A stretch of DNA of 64,000 bases from an uncultured Solirubrobacterales bacterium. GTDB lineage: Bacteria; Actinomycetota; Thermoleophilia; Solirubrobacterales; Solirubrobacteraceae. The notes under the pieces were generated by a model. The model was not told the DNA's origin. It was given only the letters and a program-made list of their open reading frames with translations, and did no database searches. This document shows positions 35,783-45,395 of the stretch, piece by piece (position 1 is the first letter of the stretch; every line of letters starts with the position of its first letter). A program made the position numbers and the translations under genes. Location: positions 53,726 through 117,725 of the forward strand of contig CAVRPD010000001.1 in NCBI GenBank assembly GCA_963723075.1. Direction: 5' to 3'.

Positions 35783-35812
35783 GGTCGTGGACGCGGCGCG
35801 GGTCGGCGTGTC

Positions 35813-38800
35813 TTAGGAGGTGAGGACCGGCTCATCCTCGGCTTCCACGGCTCCGTCCGGCGGATCCTCGTCGTCGAGGTCGGCGAACAGGGACGGGTCG
35901 CGAGCGGAGCCGCGGATCAGGTCGTCGGGCGAGCCGTCGGGGAGGAGGCGGCCCTGGCGCGTGCCGAAGTAGATCGCCTGCGGGTGGTGGGCGATCAGCG
36001 CGAGCGTCGACTGCTCGGGAATCGGCGCGTAGCCGTCGGTGATCTTCATCCCGATCTGCTCGAGTGAGAGCAGCTGCTCGACCTTCAGGTGCTCGGCCTG
36101 CTCGGGCACCGCCGGGTAGCCCCACGAATAGCGCCGCCCCTGGGTGTCGGGGATCTCGAGCATGTTGCGGACCTTCCAGTGCAGCCACTCGGCAAGCCCC
36201 TCGGCGGTCTGCACGCCGAGGCCGTGCACGAACAGCTGCTCGGCGAACTCGCCGTCTGACTCGAGCTTGGCCATCAGCTCGGTCACCTCCGAGCCGACCG
36301 TCACCGCCTGCACGGCGATCGTGTCGAGCTCCGCGGGCGGCTCGGCGATCCAGCCGTCTGGGCCGCGTTTGCCGCCGGGGCGGTAGAAGTCGGCGAGGCA
36401 GATGCGGTCGCCCTTGGGCTGGCGCGGGCAGACGAAGCGCGTGAGCTCGCTTGCGGGGTCGCTCGGGTCGAGCGTCGCGTCTGGTCCAGCCACCCGCGGG
36501 TCGAGCACGACGATCTCGTTGCCGAGCGCGTAGCAGGGGAAGAAGCCGAGCAGCGCGCGGGGATGCAGGTAGGTCTGCTCTTGCCACATGCGCTCCAACC
36601 GCGGGCGGAAGTCGTCGCGCAGCAGCTTCTGCCAGGCCTCGCCTTTGACGCCGCGACCGCCCCAGTGCAGCTTGAACAGGACGTGCGTGTCGAGATGGCG
36701 ATAGACCTCGTCGAGATCGACCCCGATCTCTTTGACACCCCAGAACGGCGGAGTGGGAACGGGTGCGTCGGTGCGCGCGGGCGAGCGCACGGAGTCGTCC
36801 GCGAAGTTGAGATCCTCGACCGGCTCTTCGCCCTTTTCGCGGAACGCGGTTGCGCCCGCGCGGAGCTTCTCCACCAGCGCCGTGTGCGCGTCTGTGTCGA
36901 TCAGCTGGTCCATTACGGACAACCCCTCGAACGCGTCCTTGCAGTAGAACACGCCGGGCTCGTACTGCTCCTCGGAGTCTTTCCCGCCTGGATAGAGCGC
37001 GCGGTAGGAGAACGCGCGGTTGATCGCCGCGCCGCCGATCAGCACGGGGTAGGAGAGCTTCTTCGAGTGCAGCTCCTGGATGCAGGCGGGCATCTGCTTG
37101 GACGTCGACACGAGCAACGCTGACAGCCCGATCGCCGTCGCGTCGTGCTCCTGCGCGGCGTCGAGGATCGTCTGGATCGGCACCTGCTTGCCGAGGTCGA
37201 CGACGGTGTAGCCGTTGTTCGTGAGGATCGTGTTCACCAGCGACTTGCCGATGTCGTGCACGTCGCCGAACACGGTCGCGAGCACCACGGTTCCCTTCGT
37301 GTAGCCCTCGATCTTGTCCAGATATTTCTCGAGCTGGGCGACCGCCTTCTTCATCACCTCGGCCGACTGCAGCACGAACGGCAGGATCAGCTCGCCCGCG
37401 CCGAACTTGTCGCCGACCTCTTTCATCGCCGGCAGCAGCACCTCGTTGAGGGTGGGAACCGCGCCGATCTTCTCGACGCTTGCGTCGATCTGCGCCTCCA
37501 CGCCGTCCTTGCGCCGGCGCAGGATGTGGAAGTGCAGCGCCTCCTCGGGCTCCATCCCCTCCGTAGGGTCGGCCGCGCCCTGGCCGGCGGTTTCGTCCTC
37601 GCCTTTGGACTCGAAATGCGCGATGAACCGCTCGAGCGCGTCCTCGCGGCGGTTGTACACGAGGTCGTCGGCCAGCTCGCGCTCCGTGTCGGAGATCTCC
37701 GAGTAGGGGGTGATGTGGTTGGGGTTGACCATCGCCAGGTCGAGCCCCGCCTGGACGCAGTGGTGCAGGAACGTCGAGTTGAGCACCGCGCGCGCGCCTG
37801 GGGAGACGCCGAAGGAGACGTTCGACACCCCGAGCGAGGTCTTCACGTGAGGAATCTGCTCCTTGATCGCTTTGATCCCCGCGATCGTCTCTACGGCTGA
37901 AGGGCGCCACTCCTCGTCGCCGGTCGTGAGCGTGAACGTGAGGCAGTCGAAGATCAGCAGCTCGGGGTCGAGGCCGTGCTCCTCGCAGCACAGGTCGCGA
38001 ATCCGCTTTGCGATCTCGACCTTCCTATCGGCCGTCTTCGCCATCCCGACCTCGTCGATCGTCAGCGCGATCAGCGCCGCGCCGTGCGCGAGCGCGAGCG
38101 GCACGACCCGGTCGAGCTTGTCGCGCCCGGCCTCGAGGTTGACCGAGTTGACGATCGCCCGGCCCGGGATCTGGTCGAGCGCGGTCGCGATCACCTCGGG
38201 CTCGGTCGAGTCGATCTGGATCGGCGCGGGCTGCGTCAGCGAGACCTTCTTCGCGACCAGCCGCATCTGCTCGTCCTCGTCGGAGCGCTCGGTCAGGGCC
38301 ACGCACAGGTCGAGCACGTGCGCGCCGCCTGTGACCTGGTCCTCGGCGATCTGCACGAGCCCGTCGTAGTCGTCGGCCAGCAGCAGCTCCTTGGCCTTGC
38401 GCGAGCCCTGCGAGTTGACGCGCTCGCCGACCATGCTCGGGCGCGGCTCCTGCACGAGCGGGGTGGCGGCGATCATCGAGGAGAGATGGGGCGGCCGTGG
38501 AGCCGGCCGGGCGGCGACCGGATAGCCGTCGGGGCGCTCGGCGGTGCGTCCGACACGCTCGACGATCGCGCGGATGTGCTCGGGCGTCGTGCCGCAACAA
38601 CCGCCGACGACACCGACGCCGTAGCGCTCGACGAACTCCTGCAGCGCTTGGGCCAGCGGCTCCGGCTTCTCCGGGAAGATCGTCTCGCCGTCGGGGCCCT
38701 GCAGCGGCAGGCCGGCGTTGGGGATGCACGCGACCGGCACGGGGCAGAACTCGCCGAGGAAGCGGATCGCGTCGCGCATGTCCTCCGGCCCGGTCGAGCA

Positions 38801-39469
38801 GTTCAACCCGATCACGTCGACCTTCAGCGCCTCCAGCGTGGCGAGCACGGCGGAGATGTCGGTGCCGAGCAACATCTTGCCGCCGTTCGGCAGCAGCGAC
38901 ACGGAGGTGTGGATCGGCAGCGTGCGCCCGGTCGCGGCGAACGCCTCGCGCGCGCCGAACACCGCGGCCTTGACCTCGAGGATGTCCTGCGCGGTCTCGA
39001 CGATGATCAGGTCCGCGCCGCCGTCGATCAGCCCGGCGGCCTGCTCGGCGAACACCTCGACCAGCTCGCGGAAGCGGATCTGCCCTAGCGAGGGATCCTC
39101 CGAGGCGGGCAGATACCCGGTCGGACCGATCGAGCCGGCGACGAAGCGGCTCTCACCGGCCGCTTTACGCGCGATTTCGGCGGCTTTGGTGTTGATCTCG
39201 ACCGTGTACTCGGCCAGACCCCACTCCTCGAGCTTGATCCGCGACGCCTGAAACGTGTCGGTCTCGAGCACTTCCGCGCCGGCTTCGAGCATCGATGAGT
39301 GCACACCCTCGATCACATCCGGCCGGTTGAGCACGAGCGCCTCGTGGCACTTGCCCTGCAGCCCGCCGTAGTCCTCCTGCGTGAGGTCGAACTGCTCGAG
39401 CGTCGCGCCCATGCCGCCGTCGTAGACGACGACGTGCTCGGAGATGGCTTTCAGGTAGTCGCACGGCAT
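35813..39469 (-). CDS. metH: Cobalamin-dependent methionine synthase
   Basis: 1218 aa with Hcy-binding, pterin-binding, B12-binding ('GDVHDIGKSLV', DxHxxG) and AdoMet activation domains in canonical order. Confidence 0.95.
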   Translation of the reverse strand: MPCDYLKAISEHVVVYDGGMGATLEQFDLTQEDYGGLQGKCHEALVLNRPDVIEGVHSSMLEAGAEVLETDTFQASRIKLEEWGLAEYTVEINTKAAEIARKAAGESRFVAGSIGPTGYLPASEDPSLGQIRFRELVEVFAEQAAGLIDGGADLIIVETAQDILEVKAAVFGAREAFAATGRTLPIHTSVSLLPNGGKMLLGTDISAVLATLEALKVDVIGLNCSTGPEDMRDAIRFLGEFCPVPVACIPNAGLPLQGPDGETIFPEKPEPLAQALQEFVERYGVGVVGGCCGTTPEHIRAIVERVGRTAERPDGYPVAARPAPRPPHLSSMIAATPLVQEPRPSMVGERVNSQGSRKAKELLLADDYDGLVQIAEDQVTGGAHVLDLCVALTERSDEDEQMRLVAKKVSLTQPAPIQIDSTEPEVIATALDQIPGRAIVNSVNLEAGRDKLDRVVPLALAHGAALIALTIDEVGMAKTADRKVEIAKRIRDLCCEEHGLDPELLIFDCLTFTLTTGDEEWRPSAVETIAGIKAIKEQIPHVKTSLGVSNVSFGVSPGARAVLNSTFLHHCVQAGLDLAMVNPNHITPYSEISDTERELADDLVYNRREDALERFIAHFESKGEDETAGQGAADPTEGMEPEEALHFHILRRRKDGVEAQIDASVEKIGAVPTLNEVLLPAMKEVGDKFGAGELILPFVLQSAEVMKKAVAQLEKYLDKIEGYTKGTVVLATVFGDVHDIGKSLVNTILTNNGYTVVDLGKQVPIQTILDAAQEHDATAIGLSALLVSTSKQMPACIQELHSKKLSYPVLIGGAAINRAFSYRALYPGGKDSEEQYEPGVFYCKDAFEGLSVMDQLIDTDAHTALVEKLRAGATAFREKGEEPVEDLNFADDSVRSPARTDAPVPTPPFWGVKEIGVDLDEVYRHLDTHVLFKLHWGGRGVKGEAWQKLLRDDFRPRLERMWQEQTYLHPRALLGFFPCYALGNEIVVLDPRVAGPDATLDPSDPASELTRFVCPRQPKGDRICLADFYRPGGKRGPDGWIAEPPAELDTIAVQAVTVGSEVTELMAKLESDGEFAEQLFVHGLGVQTAEGLAEWLHWKVRNMLEIPDTQGRRYSWGYPAVPEQAEHLKVEQLLSLEQIGMKITDGYAPIPEQSTLALIAHHPQAIYFGTRQGRLLPDGSPDDLIRGSARDPSLFADLDDEDPPDGAVEAEDEPVLTS

Positions 39470-39490
39470 TCAAGCCATGCTATCGACGGA

Positions 39491-41647
39491 CTACTTGATA
39501 AAGAGCATCTCCGAGTACTTCGGCAAAGGCCACAGGTCGTCCGCAACCAGCTTCTCCAGCCGGTCGGCCACATCCCGCACGTCGTCCATCGCGGGGATGA
39601 CCGTGTCGCGGATGTAGACAGCCCACTTGGCGGGCGTGGAGTCGGGCTGGTTCTCGGCGAGGTTCGCGTCCTCGAGCTTGAGCTGGGCGAAGTGGAGCTC
39701 TTTGATCAGCGGCTCGACCTCGCCGATGAGGTCCTCGAGGCCACTGGCGCGGAGCTCGTTCAGATAGCGCACGGCCGCCGGCAGGATCATCGTGCGGGAG
39801 ATGCCCGAGGCGGTCTCGGACTCGATGTTGATGTTGACCGCGTACTGCTCCATGAAGACCTCGAAACGTGACTCGAGCTCGCGCTTGGAGAGGACCTTGT
39901 ATTTCTTGAATGCCGCGATCGTCTGCTTGTCGACGAGCCACGGCAGCGCGTCGGGGGTCGTGCGCAGGTTGAAGAGACCTCGCCTCTCGGCCTCTGTGTG
40001 CCACGCCTCGGAGTAGCCGTCGCCGTCGAAGACGACCTGCTTGTTGGCGGTCCACGCATCCTTGACGACCTTCGTGACCGCCTTCTCGAGCGTCGCGCCG
40101 GCGCCTTTGAGCGCGGCTTTGAGCTGATCCGCGAGCTCGTCCACCGATTCGGCGACGATCGTGTTCAGCACCGTGTTCGGCCATGCCGGCGAGGCGCTCG
40201 AGCCGAGCGCGCGGAACTCGAACTTGTTGCCGGTGAACGCGAACGGGCTCGTGCGGTTGCGGTCGCCGCCGTGCAGCGGCAGCGGCGGCAGCACCGGCGT
40301 GCCGAGTCCCAGGAAGGAGCCGGGCTTGGAGGCCTGCACCTTGCCGGCCTCGATCGCGGAGAAGACCTTCTCGAGCTCGGCGCCGAGGAAGATCGAGATG
40401 ATCGCCGGTGGCGCCTCGTTGGCGCCGAGGCGGTGGTCCTGGCCGGCCGAGGCGATCGACGCGCGCAGCAGCGCCTGGTGCTTGTTGACGGCCTGGATGA
40501 CGGCCGCGCAGAAGAACAGGAACTGCAGGTTCTCCGAGGGCGTGTCGCCCGGGTCGAGCAGGTTCAGGCCGGTGTCGGTGCCCATCGACCAGTTGTTGTG
40601 CTTGCCGGAGCCGTTGACGCCCGCGAACGGCTTCTCGTGCAGCAGGCAGACGAGGCCGTAGCGGCGGGCGGTGTTCTGCATGATCTGCATCGTCACCATC
40701 TGGTGGTCGGAGCCGACGTTCGAGTTCTCGAAGATCGGCGCGACCTCGAACTGGTTGGGCGCGACCTCGTTGTGGCGCGTCTTGATCGGGATGCCGAGCT
40801 TGGCCAGCTCGAGCTCGACCTCGAGCATGTACGCGAGCACGCGCTCGGGGATCGAGCCGAAGTAGTGGTCGTCGAGCTCGTGGCCCTTCGGCGGTTTGGC
40901 GCCGAACAGCGTGCGCCCGGTGGTGACGAGGTCGGGGCGTTCGAAGAAGTACTGCTCGTCGATCAGGAAGTACTCCTGCTCGCAGCCCGTCGTCGTGAAC
41001 ACGCGCTGGGCGTCCTCTGTGCCGAGCAGCTCCAGGGCACGGACGGCCGCGCCGGAGAGCGCGTCCATCGAGCGCAGCAGCGGGATCTTGTGGTCGAGGG
41101 CCTCGCCCGTCCACGATGTGAACGCCGTGGGGATGCACAGCAGCGCGCCGTTCGGGTTCTCGAGCACGAAAGCGGGCGAGGTCGGGTCCCAGGCGGTGTA
41201 GCCGCGGGCCTCGAACGTCGCGCGGATGCCGCCGGTGGGGAAGGAGGAGGCATCGGGCTCGCCCTGGATCAGCTCCTTGCCGGAGAAGTCGGCGATCGCG
41301 GTGCCGTCGTCGGCGGGGCCGTAGAAGGAGTCGTGCTTCTCGGCGGTCGACCCGGTCAGCGGCTGGAACCAGTGGGTGTAGTGGGTGGCGCCCTTCTCCA
41401 TCGCCCACTCCTTCATCGCCTGCGCGACCGCGTCGGCGAGCGAGGTGTCGAGCGCCTCGCCGCGCGCGAGCGTCTTCTGCAGCGCCTTGTAGACGTGCTT
41501 GGGCAGTCGCTGGCGCTGGACGGCCGGTGAGAACACGTTCGAGGCGAACACCTGGTTGCCGGGAAGGGTCAGGTCGGGCGAGCCGAGCCCGCTCCCGTTG
41601 GCGCTCCACTGGGCGGCGGTGACGTTCTGCTGGCGGGTCCGGGGCAT
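39491..41647 (-). CDS. glnN: Glutamine synthetase type III
   Basis: Starts at MPRTRQQNV (ATG is the complement of 41645-41647, with AGGAGGA upstream). '[14 protein letters not shown]' and '[10 protein letters not shown]' are present. About 718 aa, typical of GSIII. Confidence 0.9.
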   Translation of the reverse strand: MPRTRQQNVTAAQWSANGSGLGSPDLTLPGNQVFASNVFSPAVQRQRLPKHVYKALQKTLARGEALDTSLADAVAQAMKEWAMEKGATHYTHWFQPLTGSTAEKHDSFYGPADDGTAIADFSGKELIQGEPDASSFPTGGIRATFEARGYTAWDPTSPAFVLENPNGALLCIPTAFTSWTGEALDHKIPLLRSMDALSGAAVRALELLGTEDAQRVFTTTGCEQEYFLIDEQYFFERPDLVTTGRTLFGAKPPKGHELDDHYFGSIPERVLAYMLEVELELAKLGIPIKTRHNEVAPNQFEVAPIFENSNVGSDHQMVTMQIMQNTARRYGLVCLLHEKPFAGVNGSGKHNNWSMGTDTGLNLLDPGDTPSENLQFLFFCAAVIQAVNKHQALLRASIASAGQDHRLGANEAPPAIISIFLGAELEKVFSAIEAGKVQASKPGSFLGLGTPVLPPLPLHGGDRNRTSPFAFTGNKFEFRALGSSASPAWPNTVLNTIVAESVDELADQLKAALKGAGATLEKAVTKVVKDAWTANKQVVFDGDGYSEAWHTEAERRGLFNLRTTPDALPWLVDKQTIAAFKKYKVLSKRELESRFEVFMEQYAVNINIESETASGISRTMILPAAVRYLNELRASGLEDLIGEVEPLIKELHFAQLKLEDANLAENQPDSTPAKWAVYIRDTVIPAMDDVRDVADRLEKLVADDLWPLPKYSEMLFIK

Positions 41648-41822
41648 GAGCGGGGTCGATTCCTCCTGGAAGAAAAAAGGGTGGGATGAGCCCTCTGTAG
41701 GGCAGCGAAAGGCCGCACGCAATCGTAGTGGCAAAACCGCGCGAGCGGGCATCACCGTTTGGCGAAATCAGGGGCGGGATCTTTCGACACCAGGCCAACG
41801 CGATCCGGTGGGGAGACGATGG

Positions 41823-41842
41823 GAGACACGTTCGCGTGTCTC
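41823..41842 (-). terminator. 8-bp GC-rich hairpin downstream of the lipoprotein gene (putative intrinsic terminator, no U-tract)
   Basis: gagacacg-ttcg-cgtgtctc lies about 55 nt past the stop at 41897 and upstream of glnN. Confidence 0.3.
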
Positions 41843-41896
41843 TCCACAACGCAGCCGGCGCCGGTCACCGCAGCTGTCGGCGACGCGGAGGTGCTT

Positions 41897-42535
41897 CTAC
41901 TGCCCGGACGGGTAGGTCCCGGCCACGATCCGGCCGGTGACCGGGTCGATGTGCTTGCTCGGTGGAGCGGGGGCGATGTCGGCGGTGAAGCTCCCGCGCA
42001 CGGGGCCGCCGGAGGCGAGCCGGGCTTTGGCCTTGCCGGCGAGGCCGGCGGCGATGGTGAAGTGGACCGTGTGCATGCCGGCCGTCACGGGCGTCACCTG
42101 CCAGCGGAAGATCGCGGTGTGCTTCGCCGCGAGCGGGCCGAGCGCCCAGGTGTCGACGTAGGCCGTCTGGGCGCCGCCGGCCGGGCTGACGGCTTCGCTC
42201 GGCACGGGCGGGTTGGCGCGCTTGCCGGGCCCTTGTTCGACGATCCACACGGGACGCTGGTCGGAAGCGAGGTGGGGGTAGTCGGATGTGTAGGCGAAGG
42301 AGTCGACGGAGACCGCCACGTTCGGCGCCGCGTGGGCGCCCGTGTTGCGGATCTCGAGCGCGAAGGTCGCCGGGCGGACCATCGACTGCTTGGCGGGGAA
42401 GCTCGCGTGGAGGACCTTCAACGTGAACGTGGCGGCGTGTTCGTGCGCGTCCTGGCGCGCGAGGCCGCCGCAGCCGGCCGCGCCGAGCACGGCGCAAGCA
42501 CCGAGAAGCACTGCTGGAAAGACCCGCCCCCTCAC
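41897..42535 (-). CDS. Lipoprotein of unknown function (Ig-like beta-rich)
   Basis: GTG start. 'VFPAVLLGACAVLGAAGCGG' contains a lipobox (LGAAGC). It is the C-terminal part of ORF 41897..42871. Confidence 0.6.
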   Translation of the reverse strand: MRGRVFPAVLLGACAVLGAAGCGGLARQDAHEHAATFTLKVLHASFPAKQSMVRPATFALEIRNTGAHAAPNVAVSVDSFAYTSDYPHLASDQRPVWIVEQGPGKRANPPVPSEAVSPAGGAQTAYVDTWALGPLAAKHTAIFRWQVTPVTAGMHTVHFTIAAGLAGKAKARLASGGPVRGSFTADIAPAPPSKHIDPVTGRIVAGTYPSGQ

Positions 42536-42668
42536 GATGACGCCACGATACAACAGAGAGTGGCGTGCAGGGGGCCCATGGGACACCACCGAGGGTGGCG
42601 CGCACGGGGCGCATGGCGTAGAGTTCGCCGAAGCACCGATCGCGAACGGGAGGGAGGGGTCGAGGACG

Positions 42669-43475
42669 ATGGTTCGCAGCACAGCCGAGCGGGCGTTCCT
42701 TCCGGCGAGGCATCTGCTCGAGGAATTCGGGGACATGATGATCCTCACGGGCAGGACCGTCTGGTCCGCCCTGCGCCCTCCGTATCCATACGGCGGCGAG
42801 CTCGTCTCCCAGTTCCTGTTCGCGCTGCGGCTGGTGTGGCTGCCGCTGATGATCTCGACGATCGCGATCAACTACGGGGCACCAGGGCTGCAGGCTGCCA
42901 ACTTCCTGACGATCCTCGGCGCCGTGGACCGCCTCGGCGGCTTCTTCGTGCTCGCCGCGATCCGCGAAATCGGCCCGCTGATCACCGCGATCGTGCTTGC
43001 CGGGGTGGCGGGCACTGCGATCACGGCCGATCTGGGCGCGCGCAAGGTCAGGGAGGAGCTCGACGCGCTGCAGGTGCTCGGTGTCGACCCGGTCAAGAAC
43101 CTGGTCGTGCCGCGGTTTCTCGCGTTGATGGTGGTGACGGGCCTGTTCGACATCTACGCGCTGCTGTTCGGCATCTTCGGAGGACTGCTCGCGGCGATCA
43201 TCAACCATCAGCCGCTGGGACCGTTCTGGGTCACGCTGTTCGCGAACGCGTCGGTGACGGACCTGTGGGGCTCGGTGCTGAAGACGACGATCTTCGGGGC
43301 GATCATCGCGATCGTGTGCTGCTACAAGGGCATGACCGCCTCCGGGGGCGCCGAGGGCGTCGGCCGCGCGGTCAACCAGGCCGTCGTGACCTCGTTCCTG
43401 GGGATCGGCGCGTTCAACTACGTCTTCACGCAGACCTTGCTGGCAACCCATCCACAGATATTGGTGATCAAGTGA
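42669..43475 (+). CDS. MlaE/YrbE-family ABC permease
   Basis: Starts at MVRSTAERAF within ORF 42342..43475. It has 'REIGPLITAIVLAGVAGTAITADLGARKVREELDALQVLGVDP'. Confidence 0.88.
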   Translation: MVRSTAERAFLPARHLLEEFGDMMILTGRTVWSALRPPYPYGGELVSQFLFALRLVWLPLMISTIAINYGAPGLQAANFLTILGAVDRLGGFFVLAAIREIGPLITAIVLAGVAGTAITADLGARKVREELDALQVLGVDPVKNLVVPRFLALMVVTGLFDIYALLFGIFGGLLAAIINHQPLGPFWVTLFANASVTDLWGSVLKTTIFGAIIAIVCCYKGMTASGGAEGVGRAVNQAVVTSFLGIGAFNYVFTQTLLATHPQILVIK

Positions 43476-43599
43476 TGGCCGGTCTGCGGCGCTATCCGCC
43501 ACCCGCGATGCTCGCCGTGCAACCAGCACGGCTGCGCTCGCGTGCGACGCCTAGCATCCACAGGCCGACCATCACTGTGTTTGTGCTCGGAGGGGACCG

Positions 43600-44400
43600 A
43601 TGAACGAAATGTTTGCGATGCCGCGCGAATGGCTCGCCTCGACCGGCGAAATCGGCGGCTTTGCGCGCCACATGATCCGTGACGTGTGGGGCCTGCGGGT
43701 GTTTCGCTTCTTCGGCGAGGCGCTGCGCCAGTCGGGGATCCTGATCGTCGGCTCGACCGCGGTGATCTGGGCGCTGGTGTTCATCACCGGCCTTGGCACG
43801 TGCGGGATCGAGGGCGCGTACTTCACGCAGGCTCAGGGAGCGCCCGCGTATGCGGGCGTGTTCACGGCGTGGTGCAACCTGCGCGAGGCGGTGCCGTACG
43901 CATTCGGGTACATGATGGCCGCGAAGGTCGGCACGGGCATCGTGGCCGAGCTCGGCGCGATGCGGATCAGCGAGGAGATCGACGCGCTCGAGGTGATGGG
44001 GATCGACTCGATGACGTTCCTGTGCGCGACGCGCCTGCTGGCCACCTGGATCGTGCTGCCGTTCATGTACATCTCGGCGATCGGGGTCGCCTATCTGGCG
44101 TCCTATCTCGCGGTGGTGGATCAGATCGGGTACACCTCCGCGGGAGGGTATCTGCTGATCTTCTGGCAGTTCCAGAACCCGCTGGACTTCCTGTACAGCG
44201 TGATCAAGGGCATGAGCATGGCCACGGCGATCGTGCTCGTGGCGTGCTACTACGGCTACAACGCCAGTGGTGGGCCCGTGGGCGTGGGTACGGCGACGGC
44301 GAAGTCGATGGTGCTCAACCTTGTGCTCGTGAACCTGATCGGAATGCTCGGCACGCAGGTGTTCTGGGGCGCCAATCCGCGAGCTCCGATCGGAGGCTGA
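43600..44400 (+). CDS. MlaE/YrbE-family ABC permease (second paralog)
   Basis: 'GTGIVAELGAMRISEEIDALEVMGIDS'. 266 aa. Confidence 0.88.
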   Translation: MNEMFAMPREWLASTGEIGGFARHMIRDVWGLRVFRFFGEALRQSGILIVGSTAVIWALVFITGLGTCGIEGAYFTQAQGAPAYAGVFTAWCNLREAVPYAFGYMMAAKVGTGIVAELGAMRISEEIDALEVMGIDSMTFLCATRLLATWIVLPFMYISAIGVAYLASYLAVVDQIGYTSAGGYLLIFWQFQNPLDFLYSVIKGMSMATAIVLVACYYGYNASGGPVGVGTATAKSMVLNLVLVNLIGMLGTQVFWGANPRAPIGG

Positions 44401-44405
44401 GAGCC

Positions 44406-45395
44406 GTGACGGACTCGCGGGAACGCCCAGACGAGGAGCAGCGCGACCTCCAGCCTCAAAGCGCTGGAGATGTGCCGGGCGGAGCGGGTGGGGATCCTTC
44501 GTCACCGATCGCCGCGGAGGCGGGCGGAGGGGATGGAGCCGGGGAGGTGGCCAACGCCGGGGTGGTGCTCAATCCGCCCTCGCGCGAGGGCGAGGAGGAG
44601 GAGTTCCGCTACCACACGGGCACGATCCGGCCGTCGAAGGAGCCCGACGCGATCGAGTTCATCGACGTGCACAAGTCATTCGGGCGCAACCACGTGCTGC
44701 GCGGCCTGAGCATGGGTCTGCCGGAGAACAAGATCTCGATGATCATCGGGCCTTCAGGCACGGGCAAGTCGGTGTGCATCAAGCACATCGTCGGCCTGCT
44801 GTATCCCGACGAGGGCGACGTGCTCGTGCACGGCCGGTCGATCCCGGCTCTGCCTGACTCTGAGCTGTTCGAGATCCGCAAGAAGTTCGGCGTGCTGTTT
44901 CAGGACGGCGCGCTGTTCGGGTCGCTGAACCTGTACGACAACATCGCGTTTCCGTTGCGCCAGCACACCGAGAAGGGCGAGGAGGAGATCGCGGAGATCG
45001 TCAATCGCCGCATGCGCGAGGTCGGCCTGGGAGGGGAGGGCACGAAGATGCCCAACCAGCTCTCCGGCGGCATGCGCAAGCGCGCCGGGTTCGCGCGCGC
45101 GCTCGTGCTCGACCCCGAGATCGTGCTGTTCGACGAGCCCGACTCAGGGCTCGACCCCGTACGCACGGCGTTGCTGTGCGAGCTGATCAAGGAAGTCCAC
45201 GCCGAGAACGGCGGTTGCTATGTGGTGATCACGCACGACATCATGAGCGCGCGGCGCGTCGCCGAGCACATCTCGGTCCTGTGGAAGGGCCGGATCGTCG
45301 AATCGGGGCCGGCGGAAGAGCTTTTCGCGTCAGAGAACCCGTTCGTTCGCCAGTTCTTGTCTGGTGAATCGGCTGGGCCCCTCGGAATGGAGTGA
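44406..45395 (+). CDS. MlaF/Mkl-type ABC ATPase with a low-complexity N-terminal extension
   Basis: Walker A 'GPSGTGKS', signature 'LSGGMRKR', Walker B 'VLFDEPDSGLD' and 'NPFVRQF'. The GTG at 44406 is uncertain. Confidence 0.88.
   Translation: MTDSRERPDEEQRDLQPQSAGDVPGGAGGDPSSPIAAEAGGGDGAGEVANAGVVLNPPSREGEEEEFRYHTGTIRPSKEPDAIEFIDVHKSFGRNHVLRGLSMGLPENKISMIIGPSGTGKSVCIKHIVGLLYPDEGDVLVHGRSIPALPDSELFEIRKKFGVLFQDGALFGSLNLYDNIAFPLRQHTEKGEEEIAEIVNRRMREVGLGGEGTKMPNQLSGGMRKRAGFARALVLDPEIVLFDEPDSGLDPVRTALLCELIKEVHAENGGCYVVITHDIMSARRVAEHISVLWKGRIVESGPAEELFASENPFVRQFLSGESAGPLGME

Noticed and set aside
35832-37991. 719-aa minus-strand out-of-frame ORF within metH (plus several plus-strand ORFs between 36064 and 39251)
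   Set aside because: The metH frame is unambiguous (DxHxxG, four-domain order). The alternatives are Arg/Pro-rich.
39470-39490. Cobalamin or SAM riboswitch upstream of metH
   Set aside because: Only 21 nt separate metH from the upstream GSIII stop, which is too short for any riboswitch. metH is probably co-transcribed.
39480-41849. 789-aa minus-strand ORF out of frame with the GSIII gene, and 39998..41530 on the plus strand
   Set aside because: They are Arg/Pro/Gly/His-rich. The GSIII frame carries the conserved motifs.
41648-41896. Glutamine/nitrogen riboswitch or GlnR/sigma-54 site upstream of the GSIII gene
   Set aside because: I could not find a convincing TGGCAC-n5-TTGC element, a GlnR box or a known riboswitch fold by eye. 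Only a hairpin is present, listed as a weak terminator. This needs Rfam and motif scans.
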